DNA of 64,000 bases from Octopus sinensis (Eukaryota), in contig NC_042997.1 of assembly GCF_006345805.1 (NCBI RefSeq), positions 181,288,001 to 181,352,000 of the forward strand, written 5' to 3'. Below, piece by piece: positions 63,601 to 64,000 of this stretch (the stretch's first letter is position 1; every line of letters begins with the position of its first letter). The position numbers and the translations under genes are program-made. Under the pieces are notes generated by a model. It searched no databases and was not told where the DNA came from. It saw only the letters and a program-made list of their open reading frames with translations.

Positions 63601-64000
63601 GGAAAGCAGGCGTTTCCTATTAGTTCTGTTCTCATAATTGTTTCGCTAATCCAGTAACAACAATGCAAAGTATGTAGCCCTTAAAACGGTTTTTTTATAC
63701 TTATTGAGAATACTGAACTGTCTTACATAAGATCTTGTTTCTACGAATTCCTAATAAGTTATGAATACCCAAATTGTGAAATCAGCTATGTAGTAACATG
63801 AAATTAATTACCCTATAGTAAGAATTCAAATAAAGTAGCCCCGAAAAGGGCTTTAATACGTTCCCAGAGTTATAGATTTTAGGAGGAAATACTAATAAGG
63901 TATGTATACTAAAATCGTAAAACATGTTACGTAATAACAGGCTAATTAGATATGAGATAATAACTATTCGAAGTAAATAACTCTGAAAAGGGCTTTTGTG

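Overview
AT-rich, repeat-saturated eukaryotic DNA, very likely cephalopod (Octopus-like). This is inferred from the tRNA-derived SINE families and the extreme density of (AT)n/(CATA)n/(GATA)n/(GGT)n microsatellites. No intact host protein-coding gene is recognisable, and most long ORFs in the track are microsatellite translations. The first ~1.1 kb looks like a CpG-rich promoter (NRF1, ETS and YY1-type motifs, splice donors on both strands), so the rest may be one large intron or intergenic DNA. The window is a retroelement graveyard. It holds two unrelated Penelope-like elements (one with ~1 kb inverted pseudo-LTR arms), a Tx1/L1-clade LINE, an R4/Dong-like RLE LINE, CR1-like and RTE-like LINE fragments, Tigger/pogo and mariner remnants, a canonical non-autonomous Helitron, several MITEs (two with internal TTAGGG-like repeats) and at least four SINE families. 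Four patterns stand out: (1) different retroelement clades each sit in a different microsatellite (Tx1 in GATA, R4/Dong in CATA, Penelope-like in AT); (2) several atypical hammerhead-ribozyme-like motifs, one inside a 129-bp inverted-repeat mini-element; (3) a SINE 3' tail shared with the CR1-like LINE; (4) dimeric and composite SINEs. All family assignments are by-eye motif recognition without database searches. Many boundaries are approximate to roughly 10-30 bp.
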